From a bacterium (GTDB lineage: Bacteria; SM23-31), in the NCBI GenBank assembly GCA_965249485.1, contig OZ252239.1:576001-640000 (forward strand): a DNA stretch of 64,000 nt, in the 5' to 3' direction. Below, piece after piece: positions 40,753 to 51,310 of the stretch. The notes beneath the pieces were generated by a model. The model searched no databases. It was not told the origin of the DNA and saw only the letters and a program-made list of their open reading frames with translations. A program made the translations under genes and the position numbers. How positions within the stretch are numbered: the first letter of the stretch is position 1; every line of letters starts with the position of its first letter.

Positions 40753-42084
40753 GTGAAACGATTTATACGTTCATTACCATTTCTAATTCTTAGTTTCTGT
40801 GTGATTGCACAGACAGCTTTAGCAAGGCAGCAGGCAGAAACACTGCGACTTACGCTCAGTGATGCCATTTCTCTCGCTCTCCAGAACAATAGAGATGTGT
40901 TGATTTCCCGTGAAGGGGTAAAAAGAGCATTACAACAAGTACGGGAAGCACGTTCGACAACCATGCCGTCTTTGAAGTTTGAAACAGACATTACACGAAC
41001 ACTGCAAAAACCGGCATTTTTTCTGGATTTCGGCGGAGATGTACAAAAAATAGAAATCGGCACCGACAATTCTTTCATATCAACTATAACAGCTGAACAG
41101 CTTTTGTATTCGGGTGGACAGGTGAGTACCGCCATTGCCATCGCGCGGAGTTTTGAAGCATCCGCTGAGGAATTGATCTATCATACGGAAAAAAACACTG
41201 CCTTTACAGTAAAGCAGCAGTTTTACAAAATACTTTTAAACAGGGAAGTGCTTCGTGTGACCCGACGAAATTTGGAGCAGGCACAAGCACATTTGGATCA
41301 TTTAACAACACTCTACAAAAGCGGTATAGCTTCCGAATTCGAAATGCTCAGGGCAAGCGTGCAGGTTGCCAATGTACTTCCCAGAGTGTTGTCTGCCGAA
41401 AATGACATTGTTCTTCAAGAGGACCTTCTAAAGAATACAATTGGAATTCCGCTTGAAACAGAGATTGATATCAAAGGTGAGTTGAAACCTGAATTTATTA
41501 AGGAATCTCTGGTGGAAGATCTTGAACGGTCTGCATATTACAATAGAAACGATTATAAAAACCTTGAGTTGACCCGTGAGACATTCGCAGGCAGGGTGAA
41601 GTATGAATGTTCAAGTCTCTATCCGCAACTACGATTCAACTATAATTACCAGCTGCAGGGCCAATCTAATACTTTTGAATTTGGATCTCAGGAGCGAGTC
41701 ACGAGCCAGAATGCTTCGATCAATCTCAGTTTTCCTCTTTTTGACGGATTTCAGGCTTCTGCCCGGTCTCAACAGGCTAAAATTGATGTCAGTGAAGTTG
41801 ACTTTCGGCTTTTAAAACTTAAAGAAGCAATTAACATTCAGTTTACGGAAGCACGGCATAACATGAATAATGCACGGCAAAGAATCGAATCACTAGCCCA
41901 AACAGTTATCCAAGCGCAAAAAGCCTATGACATTGCGCAGGTTCGGTACAATTCCGGTCAGGGAACGCAGTTGGAGCTGTTTGATGCCCAAATAGCACTT
42001 GAAGTTGCAGAGCTGAATACGTACCAGAGTATTTATGATTATGAAATTTCGAAAGCACAGTGGTATAATGCCGTCGGACAATAG
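40753..42084 (+). CDS. TolC-family outer-membrane efflux protein
   Basis: AAGGAGG plus GTG start; LTLSDAISLALQNN, PLFDGF, RYNSGQGTQLELFDAQ. Confidence 0.92.
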   Translation: MKRFIRSLPFLILSFCVIAQTALARQQAETLRLTLSDAISLALQNNRDVLISREGVKRALQQVREARSTTMPSLKFETDITRTLQKPAFFLDFGGDVQKIEIGTDNSFISTITAEQLLYSGGQVSTAIAIARSFEASAEELIYHTEKNTAFTVKQQFYKILLNREVLRVTRRNLEQAQAHLDHLTTLYKSGIASEFEMLRASVQVANVLPRVLSAENDIVLQEDLLKNTIGIPLETEIDIKGELKPEFIKESLVEDLERSAYYNRNDYKNLELTRETFAGRVKYECSSLYPQLRFNYNYQLQGQSNTFEFGSQERVTSQNASINLSFPLFDGFQASARSQQAKIDVSEVDFRLLKLKEAINIQFTEARHNMNNARQRIESLAQTVIQAQKAYDIAQVRYNSGQGTQLELFDAQIALEVAELNTYQSIYDYEISKAQWYNAVGQ

Positions 42085-42158
42085 ACTTACCATTTATTTA
42101 TCATGTTTGAAGCTAAGTATTTTACAAGAGTAGCATTCCAGAACGGAGGAGTTTTCTT

Positions 42159-43211
42159 ATGAAAAAATTAGTACTATTAACGGTAGCAGCCTTTGTCATT
42201 TTTCTTATTGTGAACGGTATTCAATCAAGTATTGAACGGGCACAGACTACTGTCATGTCGATCAAGGATGTACAGGCACAAGAAGGTATCCCGGTGATTG
42301 TGACAGATGTCGTGACGCGAGACCTTACCGAATTCAGGAGTTATACCGGCCAAGTGAAAGGCTTAGAACAGGCAGATGCAACTGCCATGATACTGGAGAA
42401 AATCGAGGAGATCAATGTAACCGTCGGGAGCCGGGTCAAAATGGATCAGGTACTTGTCAATCTGGACAGGACAAATCCTGCAGCCCGGTACCGGCAGGCG
42501 TCAGATGCATTTGCCGAAACCACGAAAGACCGCGAGCGGAGTTCCGATCTGCTTGAAGCCGGGGCAATATCCGAGCAGATGTACGATAGGGCAGTTCTTG
42601 CAGAAAATATTGCACGGGCAGATCTCGATGCGGTAAATCGAATGCTGGAGGTCAGAGCTCCAATAAGCGGATTAGTAACCGATATTTTTTATGATGAAGG
42701 CGAGACGGTCAATCCGGGTGCTCAGATTATCCGTATTGCTAAGCTCGAAACAGTCATCACTGAGATTGAGGTTGGTGAATCCGAAATCCCACTTTTTTCT
42801 AAGGGGTTGTCTGCCCGCATTCGAACGAGGACATTTCCTGACAGGGTTTTTGAGGGACAGGTATCGAGAATCGCCCTCTCGACCAATCCATCCGCACGAA
42901 ACTTTACGATTAAAATTGAGATACCTAACTCAGAACATCTGCTCAAACCCGGCATGTTCACAACTGTTGATGTTATCATATCTGAATCTACCGACAGAGT
43001 TGCCGTCCCCGCGGACGCACTTGTCACAGAAAACGGCAGTACCTTTGTGTATATCATTAATGGCGAAACTGCAAAGAAAGTACCCGTCGTGCAGGGGATA
43101 ACCAGCGGGACATGGGTAGAGGTAAGTGGTGAGATTTCTGAGGGTGATACCGTTGTCATTGAGGGACATAACAAATTGCAAAATGGCTCTAAAGTTGTGG
43201 TCATATCATAG
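42159..43211 (+). CDS. RND periplasmic adaptor (MFP)
   Basis: VRAPISG, LLKPGMF, VPADAL, GDTVVIEG. Confidence 0.93.
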   Translation: MKKLVLLTVAAFVIFLIVNGIQSSIERAQTTVMSIKDVQAQEGIPVIVTDVVTRDLTEFRSYTGQVKGLEQADATAMILEKIEEINVTVGSRVKMDQVLVNLDRTNPAARYRQASDAFAETTKDRERSSDLLEAGAISEQMYDRAVLAENIARADLDAVNRMLEVRAPISGLVTDIFYDEGETVNPGAQIIRIAKLETVITEIEVGESEIPLFSKGLSARIRTRTFPDRVFEGQVSRIALSTNPSARNFTIKIEIPNSEHLLKPGMFTTVDVIISESTDRVAVPADALVTENGSTFVYIINGETAKKVPVVQGITSGTWVEVSGEISEGDTVVIEGHNKLQNGSKVVVIS

Positions 43212-43235
43212 ATACTTACACATAGGAAAACAGAT

Positions 43236-46200
43236 ATGTTTATTACACGGTTATCGGTATTTCGTCCTGTACTTATGCTTATGGTCATTATGACCTTCGT
43301 TGTATTGGGAATCTATTCATATTCGGATCTTGCTATCGATTTATTTCCACAAGTCGACTTCCCTTTTATCACAGTCAGAACAGTCTATCTCGGTGCTGGT
43401 CCTGCTGAAATAGAAAACCTCATTACGCGTCATATAGAAGAAGAGGTGAGCGCTATTAACGGGGTGAAGAATATTACCTCAACATCGGTCGAGGGCGTTT
43501 CGGTGGTTGCGATTGAGTTTGAGGTCGGCACAGATGTCGATGTTGCAGCGGCGGATGTTAAGGATAAAATTGAGATTGTCCGGCCAAAGATTCCGCTGGA
43601 GGCCGAAGATCCGGTTATCTTAAAGTTTGATATCGGAGCCCAACCTGTTATGGATCTTGCCATATCGAGTACACGGCCACTCGAGGAGTTATATGAGTTG
43701 ACAGACGATGTGATAAAGCCCGAGCTTATGAAAATACCCGGCCTTGCTTCGATCAATATTCTTGGCGGCAAAGAACGGGAAATAAAAGTTGAAGTCAACC
43801 AGGAGCGGATGCGTGCTCAGAATTTAGATATTCTCGATGTTGTGATGGGACTTAATGTTGAAAATCTGAATGTGCCGAGTGGTCACATTACCGAATCACG
43901 GAAGGAATACAGCATCAGGGTGTCCGGAGAATATGAAACGGTTGATGATATCAGAAACATCTTCATTCAGGACCCGGATGAACGAAAAGTCCGTCTACGG
44001 GATATCGCTGTTGTCGTCGATGATTTTAAAGAACTGCGCCAGCTTGCGCGATTTAATAACGATGTTGCGATAGGTGTTTCGCTCATTAAACGTTCCGATG
44101 CTAATATTGTTGCGGTGACTGATCTTGTTAAGCGGAGTCTAGCTACTATCATGCAAATTATTCCCGCGGACGTAACCATTAGCGTTGCATCTGATAACTC
44201 TACCTTCATCAGACAGTCTGTCAGCGAAGTAGTCAATAATAGGGGAATCGGAATATTACTGACAGCACTCGTTCTATTCCTCTTTCTTCACACCTGGGAA
44301 GGAACCGTCATTGCCGCTATTGCAATGCCAGCATCGATAATTTCAACTTTTATCCTGATTCGATTTGCGGGATTTACGATTAATTTCATGACCCTACTCG
44401 GCCTTGCTGTGACAGTTGGAGTACTCGTTACAAATTCCATTGTGGTACTCGAAAATATTTACCGGCATGCCGATAAGGATAAGGATGTCAAGAATGCGAG
44501 TATTGCAGGCACAACTGAGATTGCGACAGCTGTAGCAGCCAGCACACTGACCAATATCGTTGTATTTACACCAATTGCCTTTATGGGGGGAATAATTGGT
44601 CAATTCTTTTATGAATTCGGATTGACAGTAGCGTTTGCGACGTTATTTTCGTTCCTTGTTTCGGTAACATTGACTCCGATGCTCGCTTCTAAATTACTCA
44701 AGAGAGAAAAAAAACAGAGTTACGGATTTGACATTTTTGTTCTTTCTATCCTGACTTTACTCATTTCACTCATCATAATGGGAATTTTCATTACCGGTGG
44801 ATCGATTCTTTCTCCCCATACAGGCGCATGGATATATGTTGCCGTAATTATTGTTGGCACCGGTATTGCGGGAATAGTTGGCAAAAAAATCATGGAAGCT
44901 CCAATTCCTGTTCTAAAAAACCGGACTCTTTACAAACTTTGGTATTATTTGGTTAAACTACTGGTTTACGGGCTTATTGCAGCAATAGTAATTTGGGCTT
45001 TGGCCTATCTATTCACCACCACGATCGCTTTAACATTGGCAGCAGTGTTCGGTCTTTTACTTCTTGCTCATCAACGTTTCGGCACGCTGACCCACTTTGC
45101 ACAACTCTGGGATAGGTGGTATGCTCAAGTAGAAAATGACTATAAAAACAGTCTATCATGGTCGTTGAAAAATAAAGGTATCGTTGTTCTATTTATTTTT
45201 TCAATATTCTCTGTTACGCTATTCCTGACGCCATATGTGGGTTCAGAGTTTATGTCAAAAAGTGATCAGGGGTATATCAGTATCGCTATTGAATTACCGG
45301 CCGGCACTAATTTCGATCAGACGGAAAAAACACTTAATCGAATTGAGCGAGTTTTACTCCCCTTTCCCGAGGTAGAGAGCTTTTACACCGTTCTCGGTCA
45401 GGCTCCAGGAACATTTTTCGGGAAAAATGAGGGCATTCAGTATGGTGAGATCATTGCACATCTTGTTCCACAGGTCCAGCGAACTGTTACGACACAGGAA
45501 TTTACAGAGACACTCAAATCACATTTAACAAAAATCCCGATTGCAGATATAACAATTAAGACACGTGAGTCGGGCGGAGGCAATGAAGGGGCTGATCCAC
45601 TTCAGATAGAAATCACTGGCGAAGACCTTGTCGAGTTGAAGCAGGATTGCTGATCAGGTCGAAGAGATTTCCAGTTCAACACCAGGCGCTGTCGACATAC
45701 GTTCAAGCTGGAATGAGGGTGTTCCTGAGCTTCAGATTTTACCGAACAGAAAAGTGCTGGCAGACTTCGGCATTTCTGTCGCAAGTTTTTCATCAGCCAT
45801 TCGTGCATCTATCGAAGGTAATATCGCAACACAATACCGTGTCGGAAATAAAGAATACGATGTCCGTGTTCAACTTGACAAAACGTATATCCCCTTTGCC
45901 AATAATGTGAAGAATATTGTTATTAAAAAGGATGAAATGTATATTCCTATTAATGAACTTGCCGATATTCAGCTATCGGAAGGCCCGACATCTATTTCAA
46001 GAAAAAATAAGAAACGGTTTATAGTCGTAACCGGCAATTTCGTTAATCGGAGCGGGGGCGAAGTCGTTGCCGACATTGGCGCTCAATTGCCTGCCTTAAA
46101 TCTACAACCCGGATACCAAGTCCATTTTGGCGGCGATGCTGAAATTCAGGCAGAGTCGTTTACCGAGCTGATCACTGCGCTCATTTTGGCGTCATTATTA

Positions 46201-46668
46201 TCATATATTGTGCTCGCGGCAATACTTGAATCTTATATTCATCCATTTATAATTCTTATGACACTTCCGCTTGGTTTGATCGGAGTGATATTGTCATTGA
46301 TCATTTCAGGTAAAACGATCAATATTATATCGTTAATGGCGATGGTGATGCTTGTCGGCATCGTTGTTAATAACGGTATTTTGCTAATCGACCATATAAA
46401 AAAGCTGTATTCAGGCGGAAAAAATCTACGAGATGCTGTTGTTGAGGCTGCAGCTGTTCGATTTAGGCCCATTCTCATGACGAATATTGCAACAATCATG
46501 AGCATGCTCCCGCTAGCATTGGAATTTGGAGAGGGAGCTGAATTCAGGTCTCCAATGGCTATCGTATCAATCGGAGCACTTATCACTTCTACTATATTTA
46601 CCTTATATCTTATTCCGATATTGTATAACGTCTTTGAAGACATTAACTTGAAAAAAAACGTTTCATGA
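43236..46668 (+). CDS. atypical RND permease (about 1143 aa), +1 frameshift at 45644-45645
   Basis: N-half ORF 43236-45653 and C-half frame reading IADQVEEISSSTPGAVDIRSSWNEG..VLADFG through RFRPILMT; removing one G of CAGG restores the frame. Confidence 0.9.
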
Positions 46669-46809
46669 TGATGATTGTGTTAAAATCAATGAGACGAAAG
46701 CATTTTCTATTCTTACAAAAAGCAAAGTATTTTTGAATTTAATGGTAAGGAACTTGTATTTGTAAATGTACGTTCAAGATAGGTTAGCATAAAAACTCAA
46801 AGGATAAGC

Positions 46810-47403
46810 ATGAATTCATTCCATACTGCAACAATCAGAACTATTAATGCGTCATTAATGTTCGCACTATTCCTTGTATTTTGTTTATCTACGACAAGTT
46901 TTGCACAAGGAAATATCCCGACATTACACGAACCATTCCCTGATATTACTCTGCCAACACTTGACGGCAGAGAAGTCAGTCTTTCAGATTTTGAAGGCGA
47001 TAAGAATGTGATTCTTGTTACCTACCGCGGATGGGTCGGATTCTGGTGACCAATTTGCCGCCGCCAGTTAGGTGAGCTGAACAACGCATTTGACCGATTA
47101 GACCAAGAAGATGCAACACTTGTTTTTATCAGTCCGGATAATAAAGAAGCCACTGAAAAGTTTCTTGAGGAAATAGACATCACAGAGCGTAATTTTACGA
47201 TGCTGCTTGATCCTAATTTCAGTGCAATAAAAAAGCTTCAACTGTATAAAGAAAACGACATAAAAGGTGAGGCTGAACCAGCTAGCTTCGTTATCGATAA
47301 AAAAGGTGTTCTTAGATTTAAATTTATCCCCCAACACTATTCCGAGCGTCCGCCGCTTGAGCATGTTTTTGAAATATTGTCACTCCTTCAATCATCAAAT
47401 TAG
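46810..47403 (+). CDS. secreted AhpC/TSA (peroxiredoxin-like/redoxin) selenoprotein, 197 aa, Sec at UGA 47047-47049
   Basis: PDITLPTLDGREVSLSDF...VTYRGWVGFW-UGA-PICRRQL; the frame stays open and joins ORF 47200-47403 (LLDP, PASFVIDKKG.LRF, RP). Confidence 0.85.
47050..47079 (+). promoter_or_regulatory. candidate bacterial SECIS element
   Basis: CAGTT-AGGTG-AGCTG hairpin, loop starting about 20 nt after the UGA with G near the loop 5' end. Confidence 0.45.
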
Positions 47404-47411
47404 GATTCAGT

Positions 47412-48629
47412 ATGTTTTTTCTTATTATACCCACACTAATTATTGCACTTCAGGTCTATTTTTACGTCAAATCCCGGCGTTTTATTAAAGAAGTTATTCC
47501 TGTTCGCTGGCAAAAGACACTTCAAATCGGTCTGGCAGTTTTCTTTATCTGGATGGTATCGCCACTATTGCTTATGATGGTGTTTGACCGGTCATTCTGG
47601 AGAATTCAGAGTTGGGAACTATATGTGTTTGTGTATCCTCTTCTGACCTGGTTGACGGCATGTGTTATGCTTGCAGTAATATATATAACAAAAGACATTT
47701 GTATCCTGCTTTGGAAAGGCGGCAAAAAGCTTGTATCGTGGTATTATAAAATTATGCCGTCGTATATACCGGAAAAATCCGAAGAAAAAGCTACTGCAGA
47801 AAATCCCGGCAGAAGAAAGTTTTTGCAGATCGCATCAGCAAGTCTTGCTGCTCCTCCAATTGCATTTGCATCGTACGGTGTGATTTTCGGATCCCGTAAT
47901 TATCATTTGAAAGAAATAGAGCTCAATTTTCCGAATCTTCCGGAGAATTTACGCGGGCTGCGCATAGCACAGTTCACTGATATACACTGCAGTAAATATG
48001 TTAAACAAGATGATGTCGCAAAGGCAGTCGATTATATCAACGACCAGGATCCTGATTTAGTCCTGCTTGTCGGCGACTATGTGCCCGGTGATGCACGATA
48101 TATTCATCCCTGTGCAGAAGCATTAGCCGGAATTCGCGGTAAGCATGGTACTTTTGCTACCCTTGGGAACCATGAAGAGTGGACCGATCCAATTCTTGCA
48201 ACAAAGGTGCTCGAAAAAAAGGGGATACCTGTATTCAGAAATGAAGGACAAACTCTCTCAATTAACGGTGAAAAGCTTAATCTGCTTGGAGTTGACGACT
48301 CATGGGTCGGCAATGCCGATATTCAAAAAGCGATCTCAATGGTTGAACCGGGCCATTTCAACCTTCTTATGTCGCATCAGCCGCCTTTTTGGGATATTGC
48401 TCGAAACTATGGAATCGATTTGACACTTTCCGGGCATACGCATGGAGGCCAGGTCGGATTGAATCTCTTTGGAGGTGTATTCAGACTTGGACAAATTTAC
48501 CACAAGTATAACCAGGGGCTTTTTACCGAAGACAATTCTAAACTATATGTGAGTACCGGCTTCGGGTTTACCGGTCCACCCATCCGTATCAATATCCCTC
48601 CGGAGATCATTTTCATTACATTAACGTGA
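47412..48629 (+). CDS. membrane-bound metallophosphoesterase (YkuE-like)
   Basis: 3 N-terminal TMs, RRKFL, TDIH, VGDY, GNHE, MSHQP, SGHTHGGQ. Confidence 0.92.
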   Translation: MFFLIIPTLIIALQVYFYVKSRRFIKEVIPVRWQKTLQIGLAVFFIWMVSPLLLMMVFDRSFWRIQSWELYVFVYPLLTWLTACVMLAVIYITKDICILLWKGGKKLVSWYYKIMPSYIPEKSEEKATAENPGRRKFLQIASASLAAPPIAFASYGVIFGSRNYHLKEIELNFPNLPENLRGLRIAQFTDIHCSKYVKQDDVAKAVDYINDQDPDLVLLVGDYVPGDARYIHPCAEALAGIRGKHGTFATLGNHEEWTDPILATKVLEKKGIPVFRNEGQTLSINGEKLNLLGVDDSWVGNADIQKAISMVEPGHFNLLMSHQPPFWDIARNYGIDLTLSGHTHGGQVGLNLFGGVFRLGQIYHKYNQGLFTEDNSKLYVSTGFGFTGPPIRINIPPEIIFITLT

Positions 48630-48722
48630 TTATTTTCTTACCTAATACATAACTTTATTATTAACAATACATTAAGAACTATATTTTATGTCAATTCTGC
48701 CTAATACACCTCCGATTTTGAT

Positions 48723-48747
48723 ATAGTAACTACTTTAGTGAACACTA
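48723..48747. promoter_or_regulatory. candidate TrmB operator, downstream copy
   Basis: ATAGTAACTACTTTAGTGAACACTA; 21/25 identical to 49590-49614; contains palindrome TAGTG-AA-CACTA. Confidence 0.55.
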
Positions 48748-48799
48748 TCTACAGCACGGTTTTTTTTGTTCTTTCAGCGGAATTTTTTACTTGATCACT

Positions 48800-49588
48800 C
48801 TAAATATTGAGTTCCTGATTGTAGAATGCCATTAATTCTCTCTGAATTCCGGGAGGAATATAGGTGAGAAGCCGGTTAATCACAATAGAATGAAGGACGA
48901 ATTCACGTGCAATAAACGCTACACCAGAACTTCCGGTCCATGCTGCGGAACATTTTTCTTCAGGTGTAGTACTTCCGATCAGGGCACTGTTTCTGTCGAT
49001 TACAAGCGTCAGATCCTTGACTGGAATTTTGCGTACATCCTGCCATTCATGTTCGTAAATGTGTGCAACACCGGAAATTTTGAATTGTCCATATGACGTA
49101 ATGATTAATTCGATACCTCTGCTTACAGCATCTTCTAGAACGACTCTCAGAAGTGAAAGGTCTTCTGTCCAACCACTGAGTACAATCGACTGTTCTGCAT
49201 CAAATATCATGTATTCGGCTTTACTGAGGATATTTTCACGTCCTTCGATATTCCAAATTCCCCGATGAACACGCTTTTTTACTGCTATCGTATCGAACCA
49301 ATCACGCAAATGGTCAATCTTATGATAAAGTGACCGTTCTGTTTTCCGGATTAATTCTTCCCCTGTTATCGGAATATAGGTAGTCGGTCTACCTTCTTGT
49401 GTCAGAACAAAACCTTTTGTGCTCAATATTTCGAGTGTTTCGTATATTCTTGACCTCGGAACACCCGATAACTTACTTAATTTATAACCAGTTAGGGGAT
49501 TTTCCTTGAAAAGAGCGGAGTAGGCCTTAGCTTCATAGGAAGAGAGTGCTAAAGATTCGAAAACATGGTAAATCTGAGAGAGTTTCAC
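48800..49588 (-). CDS. TrmB-family transcriptional regulator
   Basis: LSSYEAKAY.AL, TGY.LSK.SGVPRSRIYETL..L..KG, IWNIEG; likely GTG start at 49588. Confidence 0.92.
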   Translation of the reverse strand: MKLSQIYHVFESLALSSYEAKAYSALFKENPLTGYKLSKLSGVPRSRIYETLEILSTKGFVLTQEGRPTTYIPITGEELIRKTERSLYHKIDHLRDWFDTIAVKKRVHRGIWNIEGRENILSKAEYMIFDAEQSIVLSGWTEDLSLLRVVLEDAVSRGIELIITSYGQFKISGVAHIYEHEWQDVRKIPVKDLTLVIDRNSALIGSTTPEEKCSAAWTGSSGVAFIAREFVLHSIVINRLLTYIPPGIQRELMAFYNQELNI

Positions 49589-49589
49589 G

Positions 49590-49614
49590 ATAGTAACCCA
49601 CTTAGTGAACACTA
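49590..49614. promoter_or_regulatory. candidate TrmB autoregulatory operator
   Basis: ATAGTAACCCACTTAGTGAACACTA immediately upstream of the trmB start. Confidence 0.55.
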
Positions 49615-49787
49615 AAATATAAGTCAAAATTAGGAAAAATCAAGTACTTTATAATAACTCACCATATTAATGCTTAATTTATTGGTTGGATTTTTTCGAG
49701 ATCGGAGGAATAAATATTGAAATAGAGATATGAATTGGGGATTAGTGCAGTAGTTCTCCATTTTAGTCCATAATAACCACTATGTGC

Positions 49788-49812
49788 AAAAAAACCCGCA
49801 CAGTATGCGGGT
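49788..49812 (-). terminator. intrinsic terminator after tRNA-Leu
   Basis: minus strand ACCCGCA-TACTG-TGCGGGT-TTTTTT. Confidence 0.8.
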
Positions 49813-49820
49813 AATTTGTG

Positions 49821-49903
49821 TGCCCGAGGCCGGAGTTGAACCGGCACGTCCGTAGGACACTACCCCCTCAAGATAGCGTGTCTACCAATTCCACCACTCG
49901 GGC
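49821..49903 (-). tRNA. tRNA-Leu (anticodon GAG)
   Basis: GCCCGAG/CTCGGGC acceptor stem, TGGTAGAC D-loop, CTATC-TTGAGGG-GGTAG anticodon arm, long variable arm, GGTTCAA T-loop; CCA not encoded; downstream of secG as usual. Confidence 0.96.
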
Positions 49904-49962
49904 AAAAATATTTATCAATAGCAATGTGCGTTTTTAATATAGGCTTTAATCGCAGTAATAAA

Positions 49963-50331
49963 TCACTGTGAAGTATCCACTGATGCTTCACTCTGTTGTA
50001 GAGTATTATCAATAGGCAGGCCTGGCAGGCTCGCTGCCGGAGATGTCCCGACCGGCTGACTGAGTTCCTCCTGCAGAACACTCCGAGTACCGCTTACACT
50101 CCCTTTAGAAATGAATACTTGAGAAATACAACTCAGCATGAATAAAACTGCAAGTATCGTTGTAATCTTACTTAAAAGTGTTGCAGCACCACGGCCTCCA
50201 AAAAAAGCACCTTGACCTCCACCACCTCCGAATGCGCCGGCAAGACCACCGCCTTTGCTCGACTGCATTAGTATTACAAGTACAAGAAGTATGCTGATAA
50301 TAATATGTAAAAAAACAACAACTCCAGCCAT
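49963..50331 (-). CDS. secG: preprotein translocase subunit SecG
   Basis: GGAGG plus ATG 50331; LV.VILMQSSKGGGLAGAFGG...LSKIT.ILA.LF. Confidence 0.95.
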   Translation of the reverse strand: MAGVVVFLHIIISILLVLVILMQSSKGGGLAGAFGGGGGQGAFFGGRGAATLLSKITTILAVLFMLSCISQVFISKGSVSGTRSVLQEELSQPVGTSPAASLPGLPIDNTLQQSEASVDTSQ

Positions 50332-50503
50332 GAGGCCTCCTAGTAACACCGATAAAACCTGCACATTGCCTTTGATTCCAATGTGCAAAAAAGAGTATTA
50401 AGGTACATTTATTATCGTTTTAAATCAATAAAAAAAGTCACTTAATTGTTGCAGTATCGCAACTCCGCAAATTCAGAACAATTTTCCAATGTGCGAATCT
50501 TAA

Positions 50504-51304
50504 TCATGTCCTGAATTTTCTCATTCGGACCATTACAGTACCAAAAATGGTAAGCAGCAGCTTCCGGGGCATTATTTTGAACCATGTCACTAAGAATTTA
50601 TTGTGTATTCCAGTGACAACCGAGGCACTTTTCCCAAGTTTATTCAATGCCTCCCGGACGACAGGCTCCACCTCCATAGCACCAAATGCACCGAGACCCG
50701 TACCACTCCCAAATTCAGTCCGTGTTACACCTGGTGAAAGTGACGTAACATCAATTCCATGCTGCTTCAATTCGTACCATAGTGCTTCCCCCAAATAGAG
50801 ATTATATGCTTTTGAGGCAGCATAATTCGCAAAAAAGGGAGTTGCGGCAAATCCCAGCACTGAAGAAAGAAATATCATTCCGCCCTTTTTTCTTTTTGAC
50901 ATCTGCCTGCCAATTAGATGTGCAAGAAGCAGTGGTGCTCTGCAATTAACATTAATCATGTCAAGTTCACGCTCCAGATTGCTCGACAAAAATGCTCCTC
51001 TATCTCCAAATCCTGCATTATTAACCAATAAGCCAACATTAAGTGAGGTGATTTCAGGTATAACTGTTGAAATGAAATCGTTTTTTGAAAGATCTACCTG
51101 AATAACTACTGATTTTGTCCCATATTTTTCTTTAAGTTCAGCAGCCAGTGCCTCCAAACGCTCTTTTCTGCGGGCAATCATGAGGAGATTCAAACCTCTC
51201 TCCCCAAGCTGGCGGCAAAATTCGGCTCCGATTCCAGCGGAGGCACCCGTGACAAGAGCCCAAGGACCATATTTTTCTGCAAATGTATTTATTGATCTGC
51301 TCAG
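50504..51304 (-). CDS. SDR-family NAD(P)-dependent oxidoreductase (start uncertain, CTG 51304 suggested)
   Basis: the frame extends upstream of the track ORF to KYGPWALVTGASAGIG; NNAG; YAASK. Confidence 0.88.
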   Translation of the reverse strand: MSRSINTFAEKYGPWALVTGASAGIGAEFCRQLGERGLNLLMIARRKERLEALAAELKEKYGTKSVVIQVDLSKNDFISTVIPEITSLNVGLLVNNAGFGDRGAFLSSNLERELDMINVNCRAPLLLAHLIGRQMSKRKKGGMIFLSSVLGFAATPFFANYAASKAYNLYLGEALWYELKQHGIDVTSLSPGVTRTEFGSGTGLGAFGAMEVEPVVREALNKLGKSASVVTGIHNKFLVTWFKIMPRKLLLTIFGTVMVRMRKFRT

Positions 51305-51310
51305 AATAAT

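Noticed and set aside
45630..45660. Programmed ribosomal frameshift in the RND gene
   Set aside because: No slippery heptamer or prfB-like CTT-TGA context; a single extra G explains it, as at the other sites.
48669..48696. dif-like site (TTATGTCAATT resembles a XerD arm)
   Set aside because: There is no matching XerC arm ending in ATAA at a 6-8 nt spacing.
49628..49903. Integrative element at tRNA-Leu
   Set aside because: No integrase and no duplicated tRNA 3' end seen in the window.
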